DNA of 64,000 nt, taken from contig CAWKHF010000004.1 in NCBI GenBank assembly GCA_963849325.1, forward strand, positions 224,001 to 288,000, given 5' to 3'. Position 1 is the first letter of the stretch. Every line of letters starts with the position of its first letter. The DNA comes from an uncultured Planctomycetota bacterium. GTDB lineage: Bacteria; Planctomycetota; Planctomycetia; Gemmatales; Gemmataceae. A program made the position numbers and the translations under genes. Shown here in pieces: positions 39,876 to 51,348 of this stretch. The notes beneath the pieces were generated by a model that saw nothing but the letters and a program-made list of their open reading frames with translations, was not told where the DNA came from and made no database searches.

Positions 39876-42800
39876 TCGTCAATCCGGCTGCCGCGTTTCT
39901 CCCTCTCTTCTTCCTCGCCCTCGTCCTCGGCGATGATGCTCGGCGTCTTCAGGAGGGGGTCATTCTCTACGCGCAACCCCTGCACGTGCTCCTTGCCGTC
40001 CACGGTGAGGACGACACGATACATGCCGGGCGCGGCCGGGTTGCGAGCGCGGCCGCGATTGCGGCCCGTGCCACGCACCAGATCCCAACTCACGCGATGC
40101 AGCCCCGCCTCCTTCTTCGCCTCCAGCTCGCGCACGGTCTGCCCGGCGTAATCGACGATCTTGAGCTGCACCTTGTCGGCCTTCTTGGCCAGGGAGTAGT
40201 AAATCTGTGCTCCCGGCGGCGGGTTGGCGCCGACGAAGCGATGGTTGCCGGCGCCGTAGGGCGTGCCGCGCGTCGGTTCGCGGCGCCAGCGCGTCGCCGT
40301 CGTCGGCCGGTACAGCGTCGCGTCCGCCTTGAGCACATCCTTCTTCATCTGCCGCAACGGCGTCGCGTCCAGTACCCACAGGCTGCGGCCGTGCGTCGCC
40401 GCGACGATCTCACCCGTCGCCGCATCCTGGGCCAGCTCGTGTACCGCAACGGTCGGCAGATTGTTGTTGATCCGCGTCCACGCGCCGCCGCGGTCGATCG
40501 ATACCCAGACGCCGAACTCGGTGCCCAGGTAGAGCACGTCGGCGTTCTCGCTGTCCTCGCGCAGCACGCGCGTCGGTCCCGCCGGCAGATTGGCCCGCAG
40601 CGACTTCCAGGTCTGTCCGAAGTCCTCCGTGACGTACACGTAGGCGGAGTCGTCGTCGGAGCGGTGGGCGTCGAAGGCGACATAGGCGCGGCCCTCGACG
40701 AAGCGCGACGGCTCGATACTCGCCACCCAGCGCGGCCCTGGCAGGCCAACCTTGTCGGCGACGTTCGTCCACTTCGCCCCGCCGTCGCGCGTCACCCACA
40801 GAGAGCCGTCGTCGGTGCCGGCGTACAGCACGTTGGCGTTGCGCGGCGACTCGGCCAACGCCGTGGCCGTGCCGCGCTTGGTACGACTGATTTCCGGAGA
40901 AATCACCTGCAAATCGTCGCCCTTCTTGACCGAGCGGAACACGTAATTGCCACCGCAGTAGAAGATCTGCGAATTGTGGCTCGACAGGATGAAGGGCGAG
41001 TTCCAGTTGAAGCGATACGGAGGCTGTCCCTGGGGATCGCGCGGCCGGATGGGCGCGAACTCGCCGGTGCGGATGTTGCGCCGGCCCATGTGTCCGTCCT
41101 GCGACTCGAAGTAAACGACGTCGGGGTCTTGCGCATCGACCCGGCACACGAAACCGTCGCCGCCGCTGACGAGGACCCAGTCCTCGTTGATCGGACCCTG
41201 TCCATCGAGCGTATGGCTCGGCCCGCCCCAGCTGCCATTGTCCTGCAAGCCGCCATAGGCGCGATACGGCCGCCGCGAATCAAGGGCGACGTGATAAAAC
41301 TGGCCGATGGCCATGTTGTTGAGGTACTCCCAGCGGCTCATGCGATCGTAGGTGACGTAGTAGCCACCGTCCGTTCCCAGCAACATGTGCCGGCTGTCGC
41401 GCGGGTCGATCCACAGAGCATGTTGGTCCGGGTGATACGCCTCTTCATCGATCTTGAATGTCTTGCCGCCGTCGCGGGAACGATACAGGCCGATGCCGAG
41501 GACGTAGACGAAATGGTCGTCGTTGGGATCGACGCGGACCTGGCTGAAGTACATCGGTCGGGGATTGACGCTGTTGATGCGCGTCCACGATTCGCCGCCG
41601 TCCGTGGACTTGTACAATCCGCCGTACTCAAAGCTGTTCGGCCCCTGCTGGTCCTGCACGTTCTCGCGCTGTCCGCCGTACCAGAAGCTGTACGGCCGCT
41701 TGGGATTGCCTGGCCCGGCCGGCCCGCGTCGCACCACCGTCAGGGTCAACTCCTTGCTCTCCTTGCCGCGCAGGACGCGGAGCGTGACCTTGTCGCCGGG
41801 GTTGTGGGCGCGAAACAGCTCGACCAGCTGGCGGAAGTCTTTCACGTCCGTTTTGTCCACCTTCTGAATCACGTCGCCGACCCGGAGTCCGGCCTTCTCC
41901 GATTCGCCCTGCGGTGTCAGGCGCACGACCGCGCACTCCCCCAGGCACATCTTCGCCGCGGAAATCGATGGGGGAGGACTGCCGGCCGCCCGGACCCGCC
42001 GGCTCGGGACGTTTGCCCAGCGTCACCACCACGTCGCGCGTCTCCTTGTCGCGCTGGATCGTAAGCGTCAGCTTGTCGCCGACCTTGTGTGCGCGTATCT
42101 GCGCGGCCAGTTCCTCGTAAGTGGCGATGGCCTTCTTGTCCACGGCCTTGACAACGTCGCCGACTTTCAGTCCCGCCGCCGCGGCGGGACTGTCCGGCGT
42201 GATCTGCGTCAGCTTGCGCGCCGCCGCCGGCCGCATTCTCGCCCATGATACCCATGTAAACCTGCACCGGCGGCGTACCCATGCCGATCTTCGCGCAATC
42301 GACAAGGGCATAGACGACATTGGGGATTCTTGCGCGAATAATCGAGACCGATGCGTCCCAGCGGGCAGGTCGGCAGCCCCTTCGTCAGCTTGCGGAAGGT
42401 CTTGCCGCCGTCGGTGGTCTTGTAGATGGCGCTGCCCGGACCCCATTTCTTGATGGGGTCGTAGGCGTCGTAGCCGTCCGTCAGCGCCGGTTCGCCGCGA
42501 TGGCTGTCGAACTCGTCGCGCTGTCGCTCCCACGTCGCCACGAGAAGGGTCTCCGGCTCCGTCGGGTGTATGCGCATGTCGATGACGCCGGATTTGTCAT
42601 CGACGTACAGCACTTTGTTCCAGGTCTTGCCGCCGTCGCTGGTCTTGAACAGGCCGCGCTCCTCATTCGGTCCGTACAGCCGGCCCAACGCTCCGACATA
42701 AACGACATCGGGATTCTTGGGATGCACGAGGATGCGGCCGATCTGGAAGGACTTCTTCAGTCCCATGTTTTTCCAGGTCTTGCCGCCATCAGTGGATTTA

Positions 42801-43315
42801 TAAACGCCATCTCCATAGGAGACGGAATTGCGGGGATTGTTCTCGCCGGTGCCCACCCAAACAATGTCCTTGTTCGACGGCGCCACGCAGACGTCGCCAA
42901 TGGATACCGTCGCCTCGCGGTCGAACTGGTGCTCGAAGGTGACGCCGTTGTTCGCCGTCTTGAGTAAGCCGCCCGAGGCCGTCGCCACCCAGTACGTCGT
43001 CGGGTCCGCCTCGTAGACCGACAGGGCGACGATGCGTCCGCCCATCGCCGCCGGACCGATGCAGCGCCACGTCAGCGTTTTGACCCATTCCGCCGGCAGT
43101 TCGGCGCCGGCCTTCGGCGCGGCCGACGGCTGCGTGCGCCGCAGTTCGACGAGCTTCCGGGTCAACTCCTGGATCTGCCGTTCGAGGTCGGCGATCTGCT
43201 GCTCGCGCGACATCTCCTCGGCCGCCTCGGGAGCGTGGAGGCCGAGCAGCAGCGCGAGAGCCAATGCCAGGGTGGACCGGAGGAACCACGGGAGGAAGTG
43301 TGTGCGCGCGATCAC
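39872..43315 (-). CDS. VPS10/sortilin-like BNR beta-propeller protein with inserted PDZ domains; several frameshifts
   Basis: WRCIGPAAMGGRI, repeated KSTDGGKTW Asp-boxes, and two PDZ domains (AGLKVGDVV, AGLRVGDVI). Confidence 0.85.
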
Positions 43316-43519
43316 GGATGTACCCTCTTACTCACCAATGGCCGCCACGACCCGCCAGTTCGGCGTTCCGCGGATGCGTCTTCACCGTGCCTCGGAGCAG
43401 GTGCCATGATTGAGAATAACCGTCATCGCCGGCAAATTCACTTCTTTTTCACTGTACTCCGTATCGAAGCTGCCTCACGCGGCATGGAGCGGTTAGAATG
43501 TCGGTGAAGGAGGCCGATC

Positions 43520-43869
43520 ATGTTTGAAATCACTGAAAATCAGCGACAAGCTCTCGATGCTTCGCCGGATACACCGGCGCGGGTGACAGACCCCGCTACG
43601 CAGTGCGTGCAAGTGCTACTGAAGTCGGACGATTTCGACTGGATTCGCCATCTTCTCGGCGACGAACCGGACGCCCCGCGCCGGAACGATCCGCGCACGA
43701 ATACGACCTACGCCCTGTTACCGGAAGAACGGTATGAGCGTTTCAAGGCCTTCTTCGAGGAAGACCCTCTCAGCCCGGCCGAGCGGCGGGCCTTGCTGCG
43801 AGAGGCGGGCAAGGCGCAGGTTGGGACGAGCCGGAACGGGACGACGCCGACTCGGCGGAGGCGTCATGA
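43520..43869 (+). CDS. putative antitoxin; frameshift near 43813 restores a GWDEPE tail and ATGA coupling
   Basis: MFEITENQRQAL...; the corrected stop at 43867-43869 overlaps the toxin ATG at 43866. Confidence 0.65.
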
Positions 43870-44213
43870 GTGTCCGCCGCGGTGACGTCGTGCGGGTGGA
43901 TTGGCCTTACAGTGATCGAACCGGCAGCAAGGTGCGGCCGGCCCTCCTCGTCCAGGCCGACCCGCTCAACGGACGGCTCGCAGATACTGTCCTGGTACTC
44001 ATCTCGCGCACCCAACGGGCCGTTGGGATGACGGAAGTGCTGATCGATCCAGTCCTCGAAACCGGCTGTGGTCTACGCTATCCCTCCGTGGTTTCGTGCA
44101 ACAATCTGCTGACCATCGATCAATCCCTGATCGTGCAAACGATTGGGCGGCTCTTGGCAACAACCATGCAGGCAATCGACGATCGGCTGAAAACCGCGCT
44201 CGGATTGCCGTGA
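43866..44213 (+). CDS. mazF: PemK/MazF family toxin
   Basis: RRGDVVRVDWPYSDRTGSKVRPALLVQ, GLRYPSVV, IGRL. Confidence 0.9.
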   Translation: MSVRRGDVVRVDWPYSDRTGSKVRPALLVQADPLNGRLADTVLVLISRTQRAVGMTEVLIDPVLETGCGLRYPSVVSCNNLLTIDQSLIVQTIGRLLATTMQAIDDRLKTALGLP

Positions 44214-44237
44214 AAGGGTAGAACCGCAAGAACGCGA

Positions 44238-44564
44238 TCAGAACCCTGTTTCCTGCTTGTGAACCAGCTTGCCGCCCCGGAAGGTGAGCCGAATCGTATT
44301 ATTGCCGCTCTCCCAGGTGTAAACGTCCCCGCCGCCGGACGTGGGAGTCGCGTCGAGTGCCACGCCGAACTGTCCGGCGACGTTGGAGCCGTCGCCCGTC
44401 TCCTTGCTTCCCTTGCCGAGGATCTTTTCCGTCTCCTCCAGGGTCATGCCTTCCTTCACCTTGTCGTAGTTCGCCTTGTTCACCTTGTTCTTGCAGGCCG
44501 GCACGAGCAGGCATACCAGCAGAATCAGCATGAAGCGGGCGCATTTCCGGGAGCCGGACGTCAT
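44238..44564 (-). CDS. small lipoprotein (SmpA/DUF3862-like)
   Basis: VPAC lipobox, KVNKANYDKVKEGMTLEETEKILG. Confidence 0.7.
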   Translation of the reverse strand: MTSGSRKCARFMLILLVCLLVPACKNKVNKANYDKVKEGMTLEETEKILGKGSKETGDGSNVAGQFGVALDATPTSGGGDVYTWESGNNTIRLTFRGGKLVHKQETGF

Positions 44565-44799
44565 TGTTCCATCCTCCACCAGGCAACGGCCACGTCCCGT
44601 CGAGCCCCCCGCTATGCGCGAGAGGACAACCCGGCGGGTGGGACCCATTCGCCGCGTCGATCGTAACCCGTCGCGAGCAGCACGGCAAGGGGGCACACGA
44701 TGGGTTGTGACGATTCGGAAGATCCGCTAGGTTGGATGGAGTGGAGAAGAATGCCGAGATCCTGTTTCGTATCGGAGCCGGCATTCACGCGGAGGGCGG

Positions 44800-45933
44800 A
44801 TGAACTGGATCGCGTGGCGCATGTTGGTGGGGCAGCGCACGAAGTACCTGGCGATGCTGTTCGGCATCACCTTCGCCTCGCTGCTCATCGCCCAGCAGTT
44901 GGCGATCTTCTGCGGCGTGCTGCGCATGGGCACCGGCCAGATCCGCGACATCGAGGAGGCGCCCATCTGGGTGCTGACGCCGCAGGTCCGCTACATCGAC
45001 GACCTGGAGCCGCTGTCCGACCGCCGCCTCGACCAGGTGCGCAGCGTCCCCGGCGTGGCCTGGGCGGTGCGGTTAGAGAAAGGCTTCAGCCGCGCCGAAC
45101 TCGACGACGGCCATTTTCAGCAAGTGATCCTCCTCGGTCTCGACGACGCCACGCTCGTCGGCGCTCCGCGTACCATGCTCGTCGGCAGCGTTACCGACTT
45201 GCAGAAGCCGGACGCGGTCATCCTCGACGAAGTTGGCCATCAACTGCTGTGGCCGGACCAGCCCTGGCAGATCGGCCGCGTGCTGACGATCAACCATCAC
45301 CGCGCCGTCATCGTCGGCATTTGCCGGGCGTCGCTGACGTTCCAGACGCTGCCGCTGGTGTACACGCGCGTCAGCCAGGCCGCCCACTACCTGCCGCCCG
45401 AGCGCAAGACCGTGTCGGCTATCCTCGTGCAGGGCCGGCCCTCGGCGCTGGTGCCGGAGTTGTGCCGGCGCATCCAGGCGCAGACGGGGCTGCTCGCCCT
45501 GACGCGCGAGGAGTTCGCCGGGCGGACGATCGAACACTACCTGCAGCGGACGGGCCTGCTGGCCAACTTCGGGACGACGGTGCTGCTGGGCTTCCTGGTC
45601 GGTATCGCCATCTCGGGACAAACGTTTTATACTTTTACTGTCGAGAACCTGCCGCAGTTCGCCATGCTCAAGGCGATGGGGGCGGCCAACGGCCGGCTGG
45701 TGGTGATGGTGCTGCAACAGTCGGCGATCGTGGGCGCCATCGGTTACGGCCTGGGCGTCGGCCTGGCCGCCGGGTTCGGCGAGCTGACACGCGGCCATTC
45801 CAAGTTGGTCTTCCACATGCCCTGGCAGGTGCTGGTCGGCACCGGGGCGGCCATCGTGCTGGTGACCATGCTCACGAGTCTGCTCAGCATCATCCGCGTC
45901 CTGCACGTGGAACCCGCCCGCGTCATGCGTTGA
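44800..45933 (+). CDS. ABC permease, FtsX/DevC-like (no cognate ATPase adjacent)
   Basis: GITFASLLIAQQ, GQTFYTFTVEN, FAMLKAMGA, EPARV. Confidence 0.85.
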   Translation: MNWIAWRMLVGQRTKYLAMLFGITFASLLIAQQLAIFCGVLRMGTGQIRDIEEAPIWVLTPQVRYIDDLEPLSDRRLDQVRSVPGVAWAVRLEKGFSRAELDDGHFQQVILLGLDDATLVGAPRTMLVGSVTDLQKPDAVILDEVGHQLLWPDQPWQIGRVLTINHHRAVIVGICRASLTFQTLPLVYTRVSQAAHYLPPERKTVSAILVQGRPSALVPELCRRIQAQTGLLALTREEFAGRTIEHYLQRTGLLANFGTTVLLGFLVGIAISGQTFYTFTVENLPQFAMLKAMGAANGRLVVMVLQQSAIVGAIGYGLGVGLAAGFGELTRGHSKLVFHMPWQVLVGTGAAIVLVTMLTSLLSIIRVLHVEPARVMR

Positions 45934-45948
45934 TCGATACATGGAATT

Positions 45949-46036
45949 AACCACAGATGAACACGGATAAGATAAAAAAGAGTTCAATTAATTAATTTTT
46001 GCTTTTATCCGTGTTCATCTGTGTTCATCTGTGGTT
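45949..46036. repeat. tandem-repeat-armed inverted repeat (ACACAGATGA-type units) with AT-rich loop
   Basis: AACCACAGATGAACACGGATAA...TTATCCGTGTTCATCTGTGTTCATCTGTGGTT. Confidence 0.85.
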
Positions 46037-46074
46037 CATTGGTTTTTTCGGCTCCCCACCGCAACGGAGCGGCG

Positions 46075-46902
46075 ATGATTGTTTGTCCCTCCATCTCGAA
46101 GCGTTCGATCCGCCATCACTACGACCTGGCCACGCCGTTCTATCGGTTGCTGTGGGGGCGTCACATTCATCATGGGTTGTGGGAGGGCGAGGAGTCGCCG
46201 GAGGCGGCGCAACAGCGCCTGATCGACTACCTCGCCGCTGCCGCCGGACTGGGCGCGGGACAAGCCGTCCTCGACGTCGGCTGCGGCATGGGCGGCAGCT
46301 CCATTGACCTGGCCCGCCGTTATCACTGCACTACCACCGGCCTGACGCTCAGTCCCGTGCAGCGCATCTGGGCGGCGCTGTCGGCGCGGCGGCAGGGCGT
46401 CAGCGGTCGAACGCGCTTCGTCTGTGCCGACGCCGAGACGATCCACTTTCCGGCGTCGTCGTTCGACGTGGTGTGGAACGTCGAGTGCAGCGAGCACCTT
46501 TTCGACAAGCCCGCTTTCTTCCACCGCGCCGCCGGCTGGCTGCGTCCAGGCGGCCGGGTCGCCCTGTGCGCCTGGCTGGCCGGCGATGCCCACGACGCCG
46601 AGCGCGAGGCGATGCGCGTCTGCGAGGGCTTTCTCTGCCCGTCGCTGGGCACCGCCGACGATTACCGCGGCTGGCTCACGGCGGCGGGCCTGAACGTGTC
46701 CACCTTCGCCGATCTGACGGCGCGGGTCTGGCAGACCTGGGACGTCTGCATCCGCCGCGTCCGCGCCAGCGGCGTCGGCTTGCTGTCGCGCCTGGCGGGA
46801 CGAAAGATGCGCACCTTCGTCGAGCACTTCGCCACCCTGGGCAAGGCGTATCGCAGCGGCGCGATGCGCTACGGCTTGTTCATCGCGGAGAAACCATCGT
46901 GA
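46075..46902 (+). CDS. SAM methyltransferase (tocopherol/sterol MT-like)
   Basis: HYD, WGRHIHHG, VLDVGCGMGG, FDVVWNVECSEH, LRPGG. Confidence 0.88.
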   Translation: MIVCPSISKRSIRHHYDLATPFYRLLWGRHIHHGLWEGEESPEAAQQRLIDYLAAAAGLGAGQAVLDVGCGMGGSSIDLARRYHCTTTGLTLSPVQRIWAALSARRQGVSGRTRFVCADAETIHFPASSFDVVWNVECSEHLFDKPAFFHRAAGWLRPGGRVALCAWLAGDAHDAEREAMRVCEGFLCPSLGTADDYRGWLTAAGLNVSTFADLTARVWQTWDVCIRRVRASGVGLLSRLAGRKMRTFVEHFATLGKAYRSGAMRYGLFIAEKPS

Positions 46903-47657
46903 TGGTCCGTCTGTTCGGCATCGGCGCCGGCGTGGGCGCACACGTCCTCCTGGTCGTGACGGTCTGGTTCCTGTTCCCGTTCCTGCTGGATGGACGAGGG
47001 CTGGCCGAGTCGGCCACCGCGCCGTGGTGGTGCGCGGCCGACGTGCTGCTGGCCTTGCAGTTCGGCGTCTCGCACAGCCTGCTCCTGCTGCCGGGGGTCC
47101 GCAAGCGCCTGGAGCGCGGCATCCCTCGACCGCTGTACGGCTGCCTGTTCACTGCAACCACCTGTCTGAGTCTGTTGCTGCTAATTCTGGCCTGGCGGCC
47201 GAGCGGCGTACTCGTCTATCGGCTGGAGGGCTGGGCGGACGGCGCGATGCGTGGGGCTTATCTGCTGAGCTGGGCCGCCCTGGTGTACACGCTCGGGCTG
47301 ACCGGATACGGCTGGCAGACGGGTTGGACGCCGTTTTGGGCGTGGCTGCGCGGCCGGCCGGCGCCGCCGCGGCGCTTCGCCATCCACGGGGCCTATCGCC
47401 TCCTGCGCCACCCCGTTTACCTGGCGTTCCTGGCCCAGGTGTGGTTGACGCCAGTGATGACGCTTGATCGCTTGCTGCTCACCGCCGTCTTCACCGGCTA
47501 CATCCTGCTGGGCAGCTACTTGAAGGACCGTCGTTTGCTTTTTTATCTGGGCGATACCTACCGCGAGTATCAGGCGCGGGTGCCGGGCTATCCGTTAGCC
47601 CTGGGGCCGCTGGGCCGCGTTCCCGCCAGCGAACTCCTTTCCGAGCCTGAAGCGTAA
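46902..47657 (+). CDS. membrane methyltransferase-like protein (NnrU/nurim/MddA-ICMT superfamily)
   Basis: QFGVSHS, YRLLRHPVYLAF, WLTPVMT, YREYQARVP; coupled start TGATG; the stop lies inside a REP. Confidence 0.75.
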   Translation: MVRLFGIGAGVGAHVLLVVTVWFLFPFLLDGRGLAESATAPWWCAADVLLALQFGVSHSLLLLPGVRKRLERGIPRPLYGCLFTATTCLSLLLLILAWRPSGVLVYRLEGWADGAMRGAYLLSWAALVYTLGLTGYGWQTGWTPFWAWLRGRPAPPRRFAIHGAYRLLRHPVYLAFLAQVWLTPVMTLDRLLLTAVFTGYILLGSYLKDRRLLFYLGDTYREYQARVPGYPLALGPLGRVPASELLSEPEA

Positions 47658-47697
47658 GCGAAGGGCATCTCTTCGCTTACGCTTCAGGCTCGGAAAG
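47637..47697. repeat. REP-like palindrome type B, supplies TAA stop
   Basis: CTTTCCGAGCCTGAAGCGTAAGCGAAG...CTTCGCTTACGCTTCAGGCTCGGAAAG. Confidence 0.9.
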
Positions 47698-47708
47698 ATG
47701 GTCCTGAA

Positions 47709-50700
47709 CTACGCGGGCATCTCGTAAGGGCGACCCGCCTCGTACAATCCCAGGCGCGAACGATACTCTGCCTTCTCTTGCTCCGGCGCCAGTTCCACGG
47801 CGCGTCGCTGGCACTCGACCGCCTCGGCGAAGCGGCCGGCGGCGGCATAAGCTACCGCCAACGTGTCAAGATGGCCGGCGATCTGCCATTCCGTCATCTC
47901 GCAGGCCCGGCGAGCATACTCAATGGCCCGATCCGGATCGCGCTGCTCCGGGCGCGGATTCGTCGCCCACAACCAGGCGAGGTTGTTGCACGTCCGTGCG
48001 TCGTCCGGCCGCAGCCGCAGCGCCTCCAGGTTGTCGGCGATGGCCTCCTCGTAGCGGCCCAGCAGCGCGTAAATCCGGCCGCGATTGTGGTAGATGGTGA
48101 CATCGTTCGGCTCCAGACGCAGCGCCTCGGTGTAGTCGGCCAGCGGCGCCTTCGTAGTCGCCGCGGTCGGCGCGGGCGTTGGCGCGGTTGTACCAGAGCA
48201 TGCCGACGCCGGGCGAGGCGGCGATGGCGGCGGTGAAGTCGGCCACGGCCTGCCTCGAGGTCGCCCTGACGGCGGTGGGCGTTGGCGCGGTTGTTCAGCG
48301 CGCCGGCGTGGTCCGGCTGTAAGCGAAGCGTCTCCGTGAAATCGGCGATCGCCTGATCCAGGTCGCCGCGCTCTGCATGGGCGTTGCCGCGGTTGTAGTA
48401 CGCCGGCGCGTACTCCGGTTCCAGGCGGATCGACTCGGTGAAATCGGCGATGGCCCGATCGAGCTGGCCGAGCTGGCCGTAGACGTTGCCGCGGTTGTGG
48501 TAGGAACGGGAATAGTCGGGATCGATCTTGATGGCCTGCGTGTAGTCGGCCAGGGCCTGGTCGAGGTCGCCGCGCTCGGCGTAGACGTTGCCGCGGCTGT
48601 TGCGGACCCGGGCGTTGGCGGGATCCAGGCGTAGGGCTTCGGTGTAATCGGCCAACGCGCGATCGTGATCGCGCAGGCGGGCATAGGTGTTGGCGCGATT
48701 GCACAGCGCCACGCTATCCGCCGGATCGAGTTTCAGCGCCTCGGTGTAGTCGGCGAGGGCGCGTTCGTGATCGCCGAGGCTGCAATAGGCGTTGCCGCGA
48801 TTGGTGTACGAGGCGGCGTCGTCCGGGGCCGCGCTGCAGGGCGGCGGTGTAATCGGCGATGGCGGCGTCCCAGGCGCCGCGCCCGGCGTGGACGTTGCCG
48901 CGACCGAAGGCGGCGGCGGCGTGATCGGGTTGCAACTCCAGGGCACGACTGTAGTCGGCCACGGCCTCGTCGTCTTTGCGAAAGTGGGCGTGGACGTTGC
49001 CGCGATTGTACCAGCCGGCGGCGGACTCCGGCTGAAGGCGGATCGCTTCGGCCAGGTCGGCCAGCGCCTGCTCCCTGTTGCCGCTCTCGGCGTGGGCGTT
49101 TCCGCGCAGCAGATAGGGGCCGGCTTCCTCGGGCGTCAGGGCGATCGACTCGGTGAAATCGGCGAGGGCCGATTCCAGGTCACGCACGGCGAGGTGCTCC
49201 AGGCCGCGGTCGTTGTACAGGGCGGCACTCGGTTCCAGGGCCAGCGCCGCGCTGTAGTCGGCCAGGGCGTCGTCGTGCCGGCCCAGGGCGGCGCAGGCCG
49301 CGGCGCGATCGCACCGCGCCCGCACATTGTTCGGATCGAGCTGCAGCACGCGCGTGAAGTCGGCGATGGCACGCGGATAATCGCCGAGCAGAACATGAGT
49401 CTTGCCGCGATTGCCGAACGCCCACAAGTTGCGCGGATCGAGACGAATCGTCTCGGTATAGTCGGCGACGGCGCGGCCGTGCTCGGCCTTGCAGAAGTGA
49501 GCGTTGCCACGGTTGAACAGCAGGGTGGCGTCGCGCGGGCCAGGCGCAGGGCGTCGTTGTAGTCGGCGATGGCCCGGTCGTAGTCGTTCTTCTGGGCGTA
49601 GGTCAGACCGCGGTTGGCGTGGGCCTCAAGGTGGCGCAGGCTCCAGGCGCAGCGACTCGGTGTAATCGGCGATGGCGGCATCGAGACTGCGATTGCGGGC
49701 GTGGATCAGGCCGCGACGCCGGTACAGCGAGGCATCGTCCGGTTGCAGACGGATGGCTCGCGTCAAGTCGGCGATGGCCTTGTCCAGCTCGCCCTGGCGG
49801 GCGTAGGCGTTGCCGCGGTTGACGAGGACCGTCACCTGGTCGGGATCGATCTCCAAAGCGGCGCTGTGCTCGGCGATGGTGATGTCGTGCAAATCGTGCT
49901 CGATGCGGCGGACGCGCTCGCCGGCGTCGGGCAGCTGCGACAGGCGGTCCAGGACGAGGCCGAAGTGCTCCGGCCGGCCGGCAATCGTCCAGGCGGTGCA
50001 GTCGGTCAGCAGCTGCCGCCAGGCTTCGGGCAACAGCAGCAGGTCGCCGCCGTCCGGCTCGGGCCGGCCGGTCAGGGCGAAGGCGCAGCAGTTTGCCGAA
50101 GCTGTAGATGTCGGAGTGCGGCCCGACCCACACCTGCCCCTTAGGCCGGCCGATCACCTCAACTGGGGTATAGGCAATGGTACGGGCGACGCTGCGGCCC
50201 AGCGCCGTCTGCGACCGCGCGGACGGATTGCTGGCGCAGGCGTGGATCAAGGCGCGTTTGAGAGACAAGCCGGTGTCCAGCAGTTTGACTCGCCAGCGCG
50301 TCGCTCCCTCGGCGTCCGGAAGGCGGCGGAGGAGTACGGCGGCCGGCCGCAGACTACGATGCAGGATGCCCCGGCCGTGTACCGCTTGCAGCGCTCGCGC
50401 CAGCGGCCAGCACAGCTCCAACCAGTCCTCCGGCGCCAACGGCCCCTTCTCGGCGACGTACTCGGCCAGGGACCGCCCCTCGACGTATTCCTGCACCAGG
50501 TACGGCCGGCCCTCTTCGCCGCCGCCGTAAGCGCAATCATGGAGGCGCACCAGCGCGGGATGATCAACGTCCTGCACGACTTGCATTTCCCGGAACAGCG
50601 TGGCCGTATCGCGGTCCAAACTGTCGCCGCGCAGCGTCTTGACGACAACCTGGCGACCGTGCGCTCGTTCACGGCACAAAAACGAGGTGCCGAAGCCGCC

Positions 50701-51177
50701 GGCGCCGAGGATACGCTCCGGTTCGTAGCGCGCGAACGGAAACGGCTCGAAGGCGTCGCTATCGAGGGCGACGGCGCGGCGCAGGGCGGCCAGCGCCTCC
50801 GCCCCGTCGCGTCGCTCCAGGGCGGCGCGGTAGACGTTGTGATGGGCCTCGGCCTGCGACAAAGGATCGGCGACCAGGCGGGCCACTTCCTGAAAATCGT
50901 GCTGGCTGGACTCCAGATCGCCGACGACGACTTCGAGCTGGGCCAGGCTGTTGAGCAAGGCCGGCAGGCGGCGCTGCTGCTCGACGGGCAGATCGCGGAA
51001 GCGCTTGACGAGATCCTGTACCGCGTCGCGCTCGCTGTCGCGGCGCAGTGACAGGCCGTCGCGCGGCCGCACGGCGCAGGGGTGCAGATCGTGCCGCCGT
51101 TTCAACTGCGAGACGGCCTCGTACAGGTCCGGGCACGATTGGCCGTTATCGTGCTGTTCCGCTTGCAGGTCGAGCAT
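47709..51177 (-). CDS. Ser/Thr kinase-like domain (probable pseudokinase) plus long TPR array; many frameshifts
   Basis: LGAGGFG, VVVK, HRSLRPAAV, DTG, SDIYSFG, then roughly 20 NRG...AIADY TPRs. Confidence 0.85.
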
Positions 51178-51263
51178 GATCGTCTGACTCTCCGCGAACG
51201 GTCGGGATTCGTCACGCTCCTTATTTTAGGGACAATCCGCCCATCCGCAGCGCTGGGGGTATC

Positions 51264-51326
51264 TCGTTTCGCCGCGACGCGCAGCGGAACGCGCAGCGCG
51301 CTCCGCTGCGCGTCGCGGCGAAACGA
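51264..51326. repeat. REP-like palindrome type A variant
   Basis: TCGTTTCGCCGCGACGCGCAGCGGA...TCCGCTGCGCGTCGCGGCGAAACGA. Confidence 0.85.
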
Positions 51327-51348
51327 AACACCTCGCCGGCAAGGGGTA

